From contig CBDCLE010000001.1 of the NCBI GenBank assembly GCA_965218585.1, positions 128,001 through 192,000 of the forward strand: a stretch of DNA of 64,000 bases, in the 5' to 3' direction. Origin of the DNA: Terriglobia bacterium. GTDB lineage: Bacteria; Acidobacteriota; Terriglobia; 20CM-2-55-15. This document shows, in pieces, positions 10,782 to 19,615 of this stretch. Both the position numbers and the translations under genes were made by a program. How positions within the stretch are numbered: position 1 is the stretch's first letter; each line of letters starts with the position of its first letter. Under the pieces are notes generated by a model. That model saw only the letters and a program-made list of their open reading frames with translations, searched no databases and had not been told where the DNA came from.

Positions 10782-11174
10782 ATGAAGAAACGTGATGTCA
10801 GGCGGGAACGGTCAGGGGCTCTTTTCTGCTTCCTGCTGACGTTCGCAGTGGCCGCCCTGGGCGCTGCGGTTTTAGAAATTCAGGCTTCGAGTCGTCAGCC
10901 CCTCGCCCCTGGACTGACCGAACTGCAAGAGGTGTCGACCCCGGATCCTGAGGATTTGGCTAGAGGTCAACGGATTGTCGAAAGTGCCTGCTCCATATGC
11001 CATGACTACCATCTCGTGGAAGAGCAGCGACTGAGCCGGGAAGACTGGGGCTACGTGATCCAGGCGATGCTCGCGAACGGGTCCGATCTGAGCGACCGCG
11101 AGATTCCGTTTGCTCTCGACTACCTGTCGACGGCGTTTTCACCTGGGAGCGGGGGAGAGTCTGAACAGGACTAG
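10782..11174 (+). CDS. Small monoheme cytochrome c
   Basis: N-terminal hydrophobic segment, CSICH, R.SREDW...I..M distal Met; RBS AGAGGAG. Confidence 0.8.
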   Translation: MKKRDVRRERSGALFCFLLTFAVAALGAAVLEIQASSRQPLAPGLTELQEVSTPDPEDLARGQRIVESACSICHDYHLVEEQRLSREDWGYVIQAMLANGSDLSDREIPFALDYLSTAFSPGSGGESEQD

Positions 11175-11237
11175 TCCTGCTTAAGAGCTACCGGCTAAGT
11201 GAGGTAGAATAGGGAAATCTGAAGGAGGGTACGAGCG

Positions 11238-11633
11238 ATGAGATTCCGTCTAGCGTTCTTGCTGGCTGCTGTAATCCTAACGGGAATGATCTTCACGACA
11301 GGTGCTCCTGCTACCCTGGCCCATCATTCGCAGGCAGCTGCGTTCCAAATGGATCAGTGGGTTGAGATCGAAGGAGTTGTCCAACGTTGGCTTTTCAGGA
11401 ATCCACATCCTGTCCTTTTCGTTGAAGTCATTGCAGAGAACGACGAGCCGGTCACTTGGCAGATCGAGTTTCCTCCAGCTACGGTGTTGGCCAAGCGCGG
11501 CTGGACGCCGGAGACGTTTGTTCCAGGACAGGAAATCGCTGCCAGAGGTCATCCATCGAGGGCTCCCGGCACTTACGGCATGGCGGCCGGTGCACAGATC
11601 ACTCGTGAAGACGGGAGCCCGGTTGGATTTTAG
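11238..11633 (+). CDS. DUF6152 family secreted protein
   Basis: Signal ending LA-HHS, F.NPH motif, W.IE..P...L.+RGW; RBS AAGGAGG. Confidence 0.82.
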   Translation: MRFRLAFLLAAVILTGMIFTTGAPATLAHHSQAAAFQMDQWVEIEGVVQRWLFRNPHPVLFVEVIAENDEPVTWQIEFPPATVLAKRGWTPETFVPGQEIAARGHPSRAPGTYGMAAGAQITREDGSPVGF

Positions 11634-11713
11634 CTGAAACCCCTGCGAGCGACGAATATGAAGTTCTGTCTGCCTGCAGGGACTGCTAGCGTGCAGCAGA
11701 ACTCAATTCGTCT

Positions 11714-11923
11714 TTGAAGACCACACCGCCTTTCATCACGAACCCGGCCTTATTTGCCGGGTGGTGTAGGCCTCGGCCGTCCTTACGATGTCGATCCAGG
11801 GGCCGGCGCTTCCTTGCGATCAAGCCGATCACAGGAACTGCCGAGGTCAATACTCCAGCGTTACAGATCAACATCGTCCTGAACTGGTTTGAGGAACTGA
11901 AGGAACGAGTCCCTGTGCCCTGA
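11714..11923 (+). pseudogene. 3' remnant of an Acidobacteria-type Ser/Thr kinase-PD40 beta-propeller gene
   Basis: PYDVDP (other frame) then GRRFLAIK...INIVLNWFEELKERVPVP*; frameshift near 11800; no 5' part present. Confidence 0.7.
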
Positions 11924-11931
11924 TTTTCGAG

Positions 11932-11971
11932 GTCAGGTCCTGAGAAATCATCTTCTCGGACGTTGAGAATT
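11932..11971 (+). repeat. 40-bp imperfect-palindromic site, copy 1
   Basis: GTCAGGTCCTGAGAAATCATCTTCTCGGACGTTGAGAATT. Confidence 0.85.
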
Positions 11972-11989
11972 TCAGCGAACATTGGAGGA

Positions 11990-12388
11990 ATGATGAACAA
12001 GGACCACACTGCGTACCGATTCGCTGTCGGCGTCGCGCTTGCGACAGCATTCATTCTCGTCTGGGTGGCTGGTGCCGTTGGCATCATAGGGGCTGATGGT
12101 GACCCCGCCGACTTGATGTATGTCGGAGTGCTCGCCGTCGGAATCATCGGTGCCCTCATCGCGCGCTTCCAGCCACATGGAATGGCCCGCGCGTTGGTTG
12201 CAACGGCCCTCGCTCAGGCGTTAGTCGCCGTGATCGCGCTGGCCGCCGGGATGGTCCCCGCCTATAATTCTGCGTACGAAATCTTGGGCCTCAATGGGTT
12301 CTTCGTCGCGCTGTGGATCGGATCGGCCAGGCTGTTTCGGTCTGCTGCCGAGGAGCAACCTCGGGCGGGCCGAGCGCCGCAGGGTTGA
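11990..12388 (+). CDS. Small 4-TM membrane protein
   Basis: Four hydrophobic segments; GGAGG RBS at 11984 (start 11990 or 11993). Confidence 0.75.
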   Translation: MMNKDHTAYRFAVGVALATAFILVWVAGAVGIIGADGDPADLMYVGVLAVGIIGALIARFQPHGMARALVATALAQALVAVIALAAGMVPAYNSAYEILGLNGFFVALWIGSARLFRSAAEEQPRAGRAPQG

Positions 12389-12439
12389 CTCGACCGCCGT
12401 CGACGGGTGCCTGTGCCCTAGACGACGGTGAAAATGATT

Positions 12440-12479
12440 GTCAACGCCTGTTAAATCATCTTGTCGGACACTGAGAAAT
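12440..12479 (+). repeat. 40-bp imperfect-palindromic site, copy 2
   Basis: GTCAACGCCTGTTAAATCATCTTGTCGGACACTGAGAAAT. Confidence 0.85.
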
Positions 12480-12488
12480 GGAGATGAA

Positions 12489-12929
12489 ATGCTGAAGAAG
12501 AACTCGAAAGACAAAGTCGCGTTCTGGAATTGGCTAGGCCGGTTGTTTGATCGTCGCCGCAGCTTGGGCATCCGGGTCCCGAAGGTCCGATTTCTGGCCA
12601 TCTCCGTTGCACTTATGGCAACGGGACTGATCTGCAGCGAGGTTCAGCTATTTGCCGTGGGCCAGGAGACGCCTGTCATTCGCAGGATCGGCTATCAAGG
12701 GCAGAATTTCGTTACCGTCACCGACATCCTGGACCGCTTGCGTGAACGGAACGTCGGGCTCAGTGTCGAGCAGGCCTATGACCCGGCGCGAGTCGAGCGC
12801 GCCCGGGATGTGATTGTTGACCTTTTGGACGAGAGAGGCCGTCAGAACGCGTCAGTAGAGGTCGAGGTGTATGACATCCCGCCGCGAGCGGTCGGAGTCA
12901 CGTTCCACATTGATGAAGGAGCGCCTTAA
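12489..12929 (+). CDS. Stand-alone POTRA-like domain protein with a hydrophobic anchor
   Basis: IRRIGYQG.N.VT..DI...L......YDP..VERA..VI..LL.ERG...A.V.......V.VTF.IDEG resembles a BamA POTRA domain; GGAG RBS. Confidence 0.65.
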   Translation: MLKKNSKDKVAFWNWLGRLFDRRRSLGIRVPKVRFLAISVALMATGLICSEVQLFAVGQETPVIRRIGYQGQNFVTVTDILDRLRERNVGLSVEQAYDPARVERARDVIVDLLDERGRQNASVEVEVYDIPPRAVGVTFHIDEGAP

Positions 12930-12967
12930 CGCCGACCGCTGCAACTTCAAGAGAACTGAACGAAACG

Positions 12968-13007
12968 CTCAAGTTCTGAGAAATCATCTTCCCGGACTAT
13001 GAGAAGT
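12968..13007 (+). repeat. 40-bp imperfect-palindromic site, copy 3
   Basis: CTCAAGTTCTGAGAAATCATCTTCCCGGACTATGAGAAGT. Confidence 0.85.
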
Positions 13008-13418
13008 CGTACTCCGGTAAAAAGCCCTTCTTGAAGTCTCCCCGAATCACGCCACACGGCTTTCCCTTTGCGGACGTCTCCCCACAGCGGTTGACGGTCG
13101 ACCGGAGACTTCTGGCGAAAAAAAGGGCGCGCGGGCGGAGAGGTGCCGGTAAAATGCTTCCAGAATCGGGCGCTTCGGTGGATCGGCCCTTGATGCAGAG
13201 TGGCCGGTCGGCGTGTGGGAAGCCGGAAGAACGTGCGACGCAAAAATCTCGACTCTTGGGAGAGCCTCAGTGTACAAACGTTGGATCCGGGCATCAAAAA
13301 TGAAAATCTTAGATGAGATCGGGTGCGCGATCTCTTTGCGGGGAATCCGCCTACGAAGGCGGCATAGAATCAAAACCTTCATTTAACTGAAACTGCAAGG
13401 ATGGAACAGGAGTCCGTA

Positions 13419-14093
13419 ATGAAAATGTTCAAAGTAACAACAATGCTCGTAGCAGCGATCGTGATGGCAGGTTCGAGTGCAATGGCTCAGGAAATGAACT
13501 TCTTTGTCACTAGCGCTGGTTCGGGCTATGGAGGCAACCTGGGTGGTTTGGCTGGTGCCGATGCCCGCTGCCAGGCGTTGGCTTCAGTTGCCGGTGCCGG
13601 CGATAAAACCTGGCGTGCTTATCTGAGCACTCAGGGTCCTAACGCCGTCAATGCACGGGATCGCATCGGCTCCGGACCCTGGTACAACGCCAGTGGAGAC
13701 ATGATCGCGGAAAATCTTGATCAACTGCATCAGGAAGAAGGAAACAATATTAGTTTCGCGACCGCACTGGATGAACATGGCAACCCAGTCCCCTATGTAT
13801 CGATTGGTCCAGACGGCAATCCCTTGCCCCTAGCCTTGCAGATGGACGTGGAACACGATGTCTTGACCGGCTCTCAGCCGGACGGCACGGCATTTCCTGC
13901 CGGCGAAGATCGGACCTGCAATAATTGGATGTCGTCCGACGAAGGCGGCGCGATGCTCGGCCATCATGATCGCCGGGGTTTACAGCCGGGCCTGTCTCCC
14001 TGGAGCAATGCCCATCCTTCGCAGGGCTGTAGCCAACAGGGACTGATCAATACCGGTGGCGCCGGACGCTATTACTGCTTTGCTATCGATTGA
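13419..14093 (+). CDS. Secreted endostatin-like/C-type-lectin-fold protein
   Basis: Signal peptide, FFVTSAG.G.GGNLGGLAGADARCQ, WRAYLS, ARDRIG.GPW, GHHDR, YCFA; RBS AGGAG. Confidence 0.8.
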   Translation: MKMFKVTTMLVAAIVMAGSSAMAQEMNFFVTSAGSGYGGNLGGLAGADARCQALASVAGAGDKTWRAYLSTQGPNAVNARDRIGSGPWYNASGDMIAENLDQLHQEEGNNISFATALDEHGNPVPYVSIGPDGNPLPLALQMDVEHDVLTGSQPDGTAFPAGEDRTCNNWMSSDEGGAMLGHHDRRGLQPGLSPWSNAHPSQGCSQQGLINTGGAGRYYCFAID

Positions 14094-14321
14094 CGTCCAT
14101 AGACTGTTGGTGCCAACAGCAAAATCCCCTTAAGGCGGCATGACAAACGGCTGAACCCGTCAGTCCTCCATGTCCTGCGGCGGCCTGTCGATTAGCCATC
14201 TATAGATCGGCATCGACCACGTAGGGCTGATGGCTTTTGCAAGGAGCCGGACCTTGCGTTTTCTTTTTTTTGATTCTGAGTCCTGGAGTTGTGAAGGCCA
14301 AACTAACCAAAGAATTGATGG

Positions 14322-14361
14322 CTCAAGTCCTGTTAAATCATCTTCGCGGACGTTGAGAATT
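14322..14361 (+). repeat. 40-bp imperfect-palindromic site, copy 4
   Basis: CTCAAGTCCTGTTAAATCATCTTCGCGGACGTTGAGAATT. Confidence 0.85.
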
Positions 14362-14429
14362 GGCCTAAATACAAGCGTTGACCTTCTGATTGCTTACAAA
14401 CCCCTCTTAGTATTCTTTACCGAGTTTTT

Positions 14430-15794
14430 GAGGTCATTACAAAAGGTGTGTAAAAGTCATCAGGCGGCGGCCTTCGATTTCATCACGACTCTGATGCCGT
14501 CAGCGAATTGCTGACCATCATAGACCTCTTGTAAGAGTTCGGATCCTTTTAAGTGTCGCCAAGCCTTCTCAGCGACACGTAGTAGCTTCCAGATCATTGC
14601 CGTTGCATTCTCGACACGCTTGAATCGGCGAGCGGCGTTGGTGCGGAGACGAACCATGTCGAAGGGCGATTCGACGATGTTGGTCGTTCTCAGATGCACC
14701 CAGTGTTGTTTCGGGAACTCATAGAAAGTAATCATCCGGTCCCAGTCCCGCAACAGCGTCTCACCCGCTTTGGGATAGTTCTTCTCATATCGGCGGACGA
14801 ACTGATCCCGCTTTCGTTCGCAGGCCGCGCGGGAGTTCGCGAAGGCCATCCCATGAAGCAGCTGTCTGGCCGCGGGCTGCTCGGTCTTCGGCAGATGATC
14901 GACCACGTTGATCGACTTGTGGTTCCAGCAGCGTTGTTCCTGGCCCTGGGGCTGTTGCTCGGCCAGCGCGGACCAGATGCCCAGGTGACCGTCCGCGACA
15001 GTCAGCCGTCCCAGCTTCAGGCCCCGTCTCTGGAGATTGCGCAGAATGCGGCTCCAGGACTCCTTGCTTTCCCGCTGCCCGCTCTCACAGGCCAACAGCA
15101 CTTTGCGCCTGTCTGACAAGGCTCCGATGATCACCAGCAATGCCGCTCGCTCTTTCGCGATCCCCGCTTTCACGTACAAGCCGTCTGCCCACTGGTACAC
15201 GACCTCGAGGCCGGACAGGTCCTGCTGGACCCACTCGTCATACTCCAACTGCCAGGTCGATTTCAGTCGTTGGATCGATGCTCGCGACAACGGAGCGCCA
15301 GCGCCAAGCAGTCCGCGCATGGCCTGCTCGAAGTCCCCTGTGGCCAGACCGTGGAGGTAGAGATCGGGAAGTAGCTCGCCCAGCTGTTTCGATTTCCGTC
15401 GAAAATACGGCAGGATCTGACTCTCGAACCGCTCGGCGGTGTTTCGAACCCGAGGTCGTCGAACCTCCATCGTACCGTTCATCATTGCGAAGCGTCGCGG
15501 TTTCCCGTGACCGTTCCGGTATCCTCGTCGATTCGGACTCCGCTCCGACTTTTCCCGACCCAGAAATTGAGTGACTTCGTCCTCGAGCAGCTCCTGTAGC
15601 CAGACTTGGACCCGGGATCGTGCCCAGTCCTCCAAACCTTCATACGCGTTCGTTGACGCCACTGATGCCGGTATGTTCTTCTTCTTCATGGGTGGTGTAC
15701 CTTTCTCCCGATTGCTGCCGGGATTGCTTAGGGTTTCGGATTCACCGAAAGCGTACACCGCCTTCTCTTTTTACACACCGATTGGAACGACCTC
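14430..15794 (-). mobile_element. IS256-family insertion sequence
   Basis: 26-bp terminal inverted repeats GAGGTCATTACAAAAGGTGTGTAAAA (14430-14455) and TTTTACACACCGATTGGAACGACCTC (15769-15794), 22/26 match; no flanking direct repeat seen. Confidence 0.88.
14460..15689 (-). CDS. IS256-family DDE transposase
   Basis: GYRNGH, LYLHGLATGDF, WADGLYVK, VADGHLG, QRCWNHK, LRTTNIVES; likely start MKKK at 15689. Confidence 0.92.
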   Translation of the reverse strand: MKKKNIPASVASTNAYEGLEDWARSRVQVWLQELLEDEVTQFLGREKSERSPNRRGYRNGHGKPRRFAMMNGTMEVRRPRVRNTAERFESQILPYFRRKSKQLGELLPDLYLHGLATGDFEQAMRGLLGAGAPLSRASIQRLKSTWQLEYDEWVQQDLSGLEVVYQWADGLYVKAGIAKERAALLVIIGALSDRRKVLLACESGQRESKESWSRILRNLQRRGLKLGRLTVADGHLGIWSALAEQQPQGQEQRCWNHKSINVVDHLPKTEQPAARQLLHGMAFANSRAACERKRDQFVRRYEKNYPKAGETLLRDWDRMITFYEFPKQHWVHLRTTNIVESPFDMVRLRTNAARRFKRVENATAMIWKLLRVAEKAWRHLKGSELLQEVYDGQQFADGIRVVMKSKAAA

Positions 15795-16160
15795 TCCGTT
15801 GATGGCATAGCGCTCAAACTGATGGTGGACCGTTGGGCAGCCGCTTCGGGAGCCGACAAAGAAATCCTGTTCCTTGCCTCCGTCGCAGTGAGACAGATTG
15901 AGATCGGCCTTGCCAGCATCTTAGCTCTACTGTTTGGTATTACAGTGACTACTTACGGCGTAGCTCTTGTGTCGGATCGTAGCTTCCCGAAATGGCTGGG
16001 CTGGCTGGCAATCCTCGGCGGTATACCGATTGCGGTTGCCGGTCTCGCCATGGCTTACACTGGTTTCTCCGATCTGGGGATGACGATCAATTTGTCTGGA
16101 AGCTCTCTCGCACTTTTATGGATGCTTGTTGTCGGTGTATGGATGTGGCATCTGGTTACG
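15795..16160 (+). pseudogene. 5'-truncated multi-TM membrane protein (DUF4386-like)
   Basis: Frame is open right at the IS end (SVDGIALKLMVDRW...), FPKWLGWL and hydrophobic helices; 3' end approximate, reads on into unrelated sequence. Confidence 0.55.
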
Positions 16161-16291
16161 CAACGAGTTCAGACGGAACTGTGGTCTGATCAAAGCTCAA
16201 CTTCGCTTCTGTCGCGGGTGCAGGAAGCGCGGGCCGTGCCGCCGCCACACTGTCGCGAACCGAGGCGGAGCGGGTCGAAGCGATTCAGGTC

Positions 16292-16504
16292 TTGCTCCAT
16301 GCGGGAGCCGACATCCATGCCGTCCGTACGAGGTCCGGCAATACAGCCGCACATTTCGCAGCCGAGGAAGGACTTGAACGCGCGGCGGATGTTCTGTTCG
16401 CATATGGCGCCGACTTCACGCTGAAGAACGCGGACGACCTGAGCGTAGAGGACCTGTTGACCCAGGCCGCTGGAGATACGGAAGACCCGCCTCCGGCAAG
16501 GTGA
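16292..16504 (+). pseudogene. Ankyrin-repeat C-terminal fragment
   Basis: AGADIHAVRTRSGNTAAHFAAEEG...GAD.TLKN, similar to the C-terminus of 9064-10503. Confidence 0.6.
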
Positions 16505-16731
16505 GTTTCAGCAAATAATCACCCTTAGCCAACGCGTTACCAGATCGCTCATCGAGGACGTGGATTTCTGCCTTACCCCATCTCTCTTTCTTCCCTGAAT
16601 TCGCACATTGATCAAAGACGAGTGGTTGTTACAGGACACTCGTCGTAGCGCGTAAGGTACAATGCCGGAAAGTTCGGCGCCGCCCAGTCGAAATATTTCG
16701 GGTGCTTGCCATTAGACACAAGGAGGTTTTC

Positions 16732-18636
16732 ATGACTTTACGGTGGACCAGCATCTTGACTGTGGGACTCCTGGTAGCCGCCCTCCTCATACCGGCCGCT
16801 GAGGCTCAGAATCCGGCCGATTGGCCCATGTACAACAGAGACCTGAACGCGACGCGCTTTTCTCCTCTTAGTGAAATCAATACCGACAACGTAACTGATC
16901 TTGAGGTCGCCTGGACTTATTCGTTGGGAGAGAACAACGCGGGTGGCCTGAGTAACGGCTTCGAGTTCACTCCGATCGTTACGAATGGAATGCTGTATGC
17001 GGCCGCCGAGGGCCGGGTCGTCGCGATGGATCCGGCGACAGGCGAGGAACTCTGGCGCCACAGCGTTACCGGAGATGACCAGCCATCCCGCCGGGCTGTT
17101 GCTTTCTGGGTTGGGGACGAGCAGGAAGATGCGCGGATCTTTTTCACAGCCCGTCGCCGACTGATCGGACTGAGTGCTTTCACGGGCGAACCGGTGGCTC
17201 GCTTTGGAGACGGGGGCGAGGTCGATATGGGTCAGCCGTATGACTCAGCACCCACGGTCTACAGGAATCTACTCATCGTAGGAACGAACGGATTGCCTGG
17301 AAGCGTGCGTGCGTTTGATGCGATGACTGGAGAGAAGGCTTGGGAGTTCTTTTCCATACCGAAACCGGGCGAGCCCGGTAGCGAGAGCTGGGAGGGCGAG
17401 ATTTTCGAGAACGCCGAATCCGTGGCCTGGGCGTTTTCAATGAGTGTCGACACCGAACGGGGCCTGGTCTACGTGATGTTCGACAATCCCGGATACGACT
17501 ACTGGGGTGGAAACCGTCCGGGAAGTAATCTGTTTGGAAACTCCGTGGTGGCGTTGGACGCTGCGACCGGTGAGTACCGGTGGCATTTCCAGACCGTCCA
17601 TCACGATCTCTGGGATTTCGATCAGCCTGCACCCGCCGTCCTGCTGGACCTGAACGTCGACGGAGAAGACGTGCCGGGGCTGGCGATCGTCGGCAAGAGC
17701 GCCTACATGTTCATCCTCAACCGGGAGACGGGCGAACCGGTATTTGGTGTGGAGGAGACTCCCGTTCCTCGAAGTAACGTTCCTACTGAGCGTGCTTCGC
17801 CGACGCAGCCCATTCCCGTAAAGCCGCCGCCGCTGGCCCGTGTCAGCTTCAGCCCGGAGGACCTCGTGACGGCCGAGGACACGAACGCCGAGCATGCCGA
17901 CTTCTGCGCCAATCTCTTTGAGCGGAGCGGCGGTCTGGAGAATCAAGGTCCGTTCACACCTTACACCTATCGCGCTCCCGGCGCGGCGCCCTGCTCGACG
18001 ATTGTTTTTCCCGGCTCGATCGGAGGCGTGAACTGGGGCGGGACAGCTGCGGATCCGACGATCAACTACGTTTTCGCAAACACGATGAGCGAAGCCAGCA
18101 TCGGATGGGTCGAGAACAGTCCGGAAGGCGCGCGGACGCCTTTTCGCAGGGGCAGTATTGTTGGCAGGACTTCCCGATTCCAGTGGAACAATTCGCCGGA
18201 AGATTCGGGAGGGAATATTTCGGGTTCCGGTGAACAGGGCAGTTGGTTGTGTCAGAAGCCGCCCTGGGGTGAACTGGTCGCTGTCGACGCCAACACGGGC
18301 GACATCGCATGGAGAGTTCCCCTTGGGATCAACGAAGGCTTGCCGCCCGAGAAGCAGAGGACAGGCACGCTGAACATGGGCGGTCCCATGGCCACAGGGG
18401 GCGGGCTCGTCTTTATCGGCGCCTCTAATGACCGCAGGTTCCGCGCTTTCGACTCCCGGACCGGAGACCAGCTGTGGGTCACGCGTCTGGACATGAGTGC
18501 CCATGCAGTGCCGATCAGTTATGAGGCCGCCGGCAAGCAGTACGTGGTCATCGTTGCGGGCGGGCAGAGAGGCGACATGGATGACCCGGGACCGGACGGT
18601 TCAGAAGCGTTGGTCGTTTTTGCATTGCCCGAATAG
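16732..18636 (+). CDS. Periplasmic PQQ-dependent dehydrogenase (glucose dehydrogenase-like beta-propeller)
   Basis: DWPMYN, FSPL.EIN..NV, WHFQTVHHDLWDFD, GGVNWGG, KPPWGEL, TGGGLVF; signal peptide; RBS AAGGAGG. Confidence 0.9.
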   Translation: MTLRWTSILTVGLLVAALLIPAAEAQNPADWPMYNRDLNATRFSPLSEINTDNVTDLEVAWTYSLGENNAGGLSNGFEFTPIVTNGMLYAAAEGRVVAMDPATGEELWRHSVTGDDQPSRRAVAFWVGDEQEDARIFFTARRRLIGLSAFTGEPVARFGDGGEVDMGQPYDSAPTVYRNLLIVGTNGLPGSVRAFDAMTGEKAWEFFSIPKPGEPGSESWEGEIFENAESVAWAFSMSVDTERGLVYVMFDNPGYDYWGGNRPGSNLFGNSVVALDAATGEYRWHFQTVHHDLWDFDQPAPAVLLDLNVDGEDVPGLAIVGKSAYMFILNRETGEPVFGVEETPVPRSNVPTERASPTQPIPVKPPPLARVSFSPEDLVTAEDTNAEHADFCANLFERSGGLENQGPFTPYTYRAPGAAPCSTIVFPGSIGGVNWGGTAADPTINYVFANTMSEASIGWVENSPEGARTPFRRGSIVGRTSRFQWNNSPEDSGGNISGSGEQGSWLCQKPPWGELVAVDANTGDIAWRVPLGINEGLPPEKQRTGTLNMGGPMATGGGLVFIGASNDRRFRAFDSRTGDQLWVTRLDMSAHAVPISYEAAGKQYVVIVAGGQRGDMDDPGPDGSEALVVFALPE

Positions 18637-18649
18637 AACAATTCTGTGA

Positions 18650-18680
18650 GAGCCCGGAGGCTCGGCTTCCGGGTTTTCTC
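18650..18680 (+). terminator. Probable terminator hairpin
   Basis: CCCGGAGGC-TCG-GCTTCCGGG followed by TTTT. Confidence 0.5.
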
Positions 18681-18819
18681 TTGGACTCGATCCCGTCCGG
18701 GGGCGAACTACTTTACATCTATTCTTCCCTCCGATACCATTTCTCCAGTTTTACGATTATTCGAATGGGGACAGTGTTTTGCCTGATCCTTTATAGATCC
18801 AAACAAGGAGTGACAAGAT

Positions 18820-19569
18820 ATGATCTGCTTAACCGAGGGGTTGCTTCGCCGCGGGATTGGAAGGGTGCTGGCGCTGGTAGTGTTCGCGCTGCTGATCCTC
18901 GGTTACATGCCGACCACCCTGCTGGCTCAGCTTCCGGATGCATCCAACGATGTGCCCGATCTGACGGGAGTTTGGGCAAGGGGCAGGAACAACTGCACCC
19001 CCAATGGCGTGACTTGTCCCTTCATTTTCAGTGAAATTCCGTTGAAAGCCCGTGCGATAGGATTCATGGCCACCTGGGATGAAGCAGCCGGGCCCAAGTA
19101 CGATTGCGTGCCGGCGACGTCACCGTCTGTTGTGGCAGATCCTTATTCCATTCAGATCGAGCAACAGGCAGATCGTGTCATCTTCACGTACGAGAAGGAT
19201 GACATCATTCGGACCGTCTGGCTGGAGGGCCACGGCCACCCCGAACCCATGCCTTACGACTTCACCGTGCAGGGGTACTCTACCGGCCTGTATGAGGATG
19301 GCAGCCTGGTCGTCGAAACAACTAAGTTTACATTCGATCCACATGGTCTGGACGATATGGCGAATGTGCCGTCCTCCACTCTGAAGCGGGTTGTTGAATC
19401 GTATTCATCGGACGGGGAAATGCTGAGAGCCAATGTCGTGACCGAAGATCCGGTCTTTCTGAACGCGCCGATCCAGTTTGCTATTGAATGGGTGCCCCAG
19501 GACGAACCCCGGTATGCGTGCCTGCCTGAGCTGGCCAGACAGCCGGCGCAGTTAGCATCGCTTTTCTAG
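18820..19569 (+). CDS. Secreted hypothetical protein of the DUF6152-associated family
   Basis: PDLTGVW, C.P, RTVWL.G..HP, GYSTG..E...L.V.T, EDPVFL; same motifs as 51740 and 54497. Confidence 0.7.
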   Translation: MICLTEGLLRRGIGRVLALVVFALLILGYMPTTLLAQLPDASNDVPDLTGVWARGRNNCTPNGVTCPFIFSEIPLKARAIGFMATWDEAAGPKYDCVPATSPSVVADPYSIQIEQQADRVIFTYEKDDIIRTVWLEGHGHPEPMPYDFTVQGYSTGLYEDGSLVVETTKFTFDPHGLDDMANVPSSTLKRVVESYSSDGEMLRANVVTEDPVFLNAPIQFAIEWVPQDEPRYACLPELARQPAQLASLF

Positions 19570-19615
19570 AAACGCCATATCTAGGTACAGAGTACAGTTG
19601 TATAAAAGGAGACTT

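Noticed and set aside
13008-13400. ORFs or an IS end in the spacer after site 3
   Set aside because: The ORFs have no recognisable motifs; GTGCGACGCAAAAATCTCGA looks vaguely like an IS end but has no partner repeat.
11932-14361. 40-bp repeats as a CRISPR array
   Set aside because: Intervals are 468-1314 bp and contain genes; no cas genes are present.
11932-14361. 40-bp repeats as canonical attC or dif sites
   Set aside because: No RYYYAAC/GTTRRRY boxes. TCCTGTTAAAT in copy 4 resembles the XerD arm, but there is no XerC arm in the right position and copies 1 and 3 lack it.
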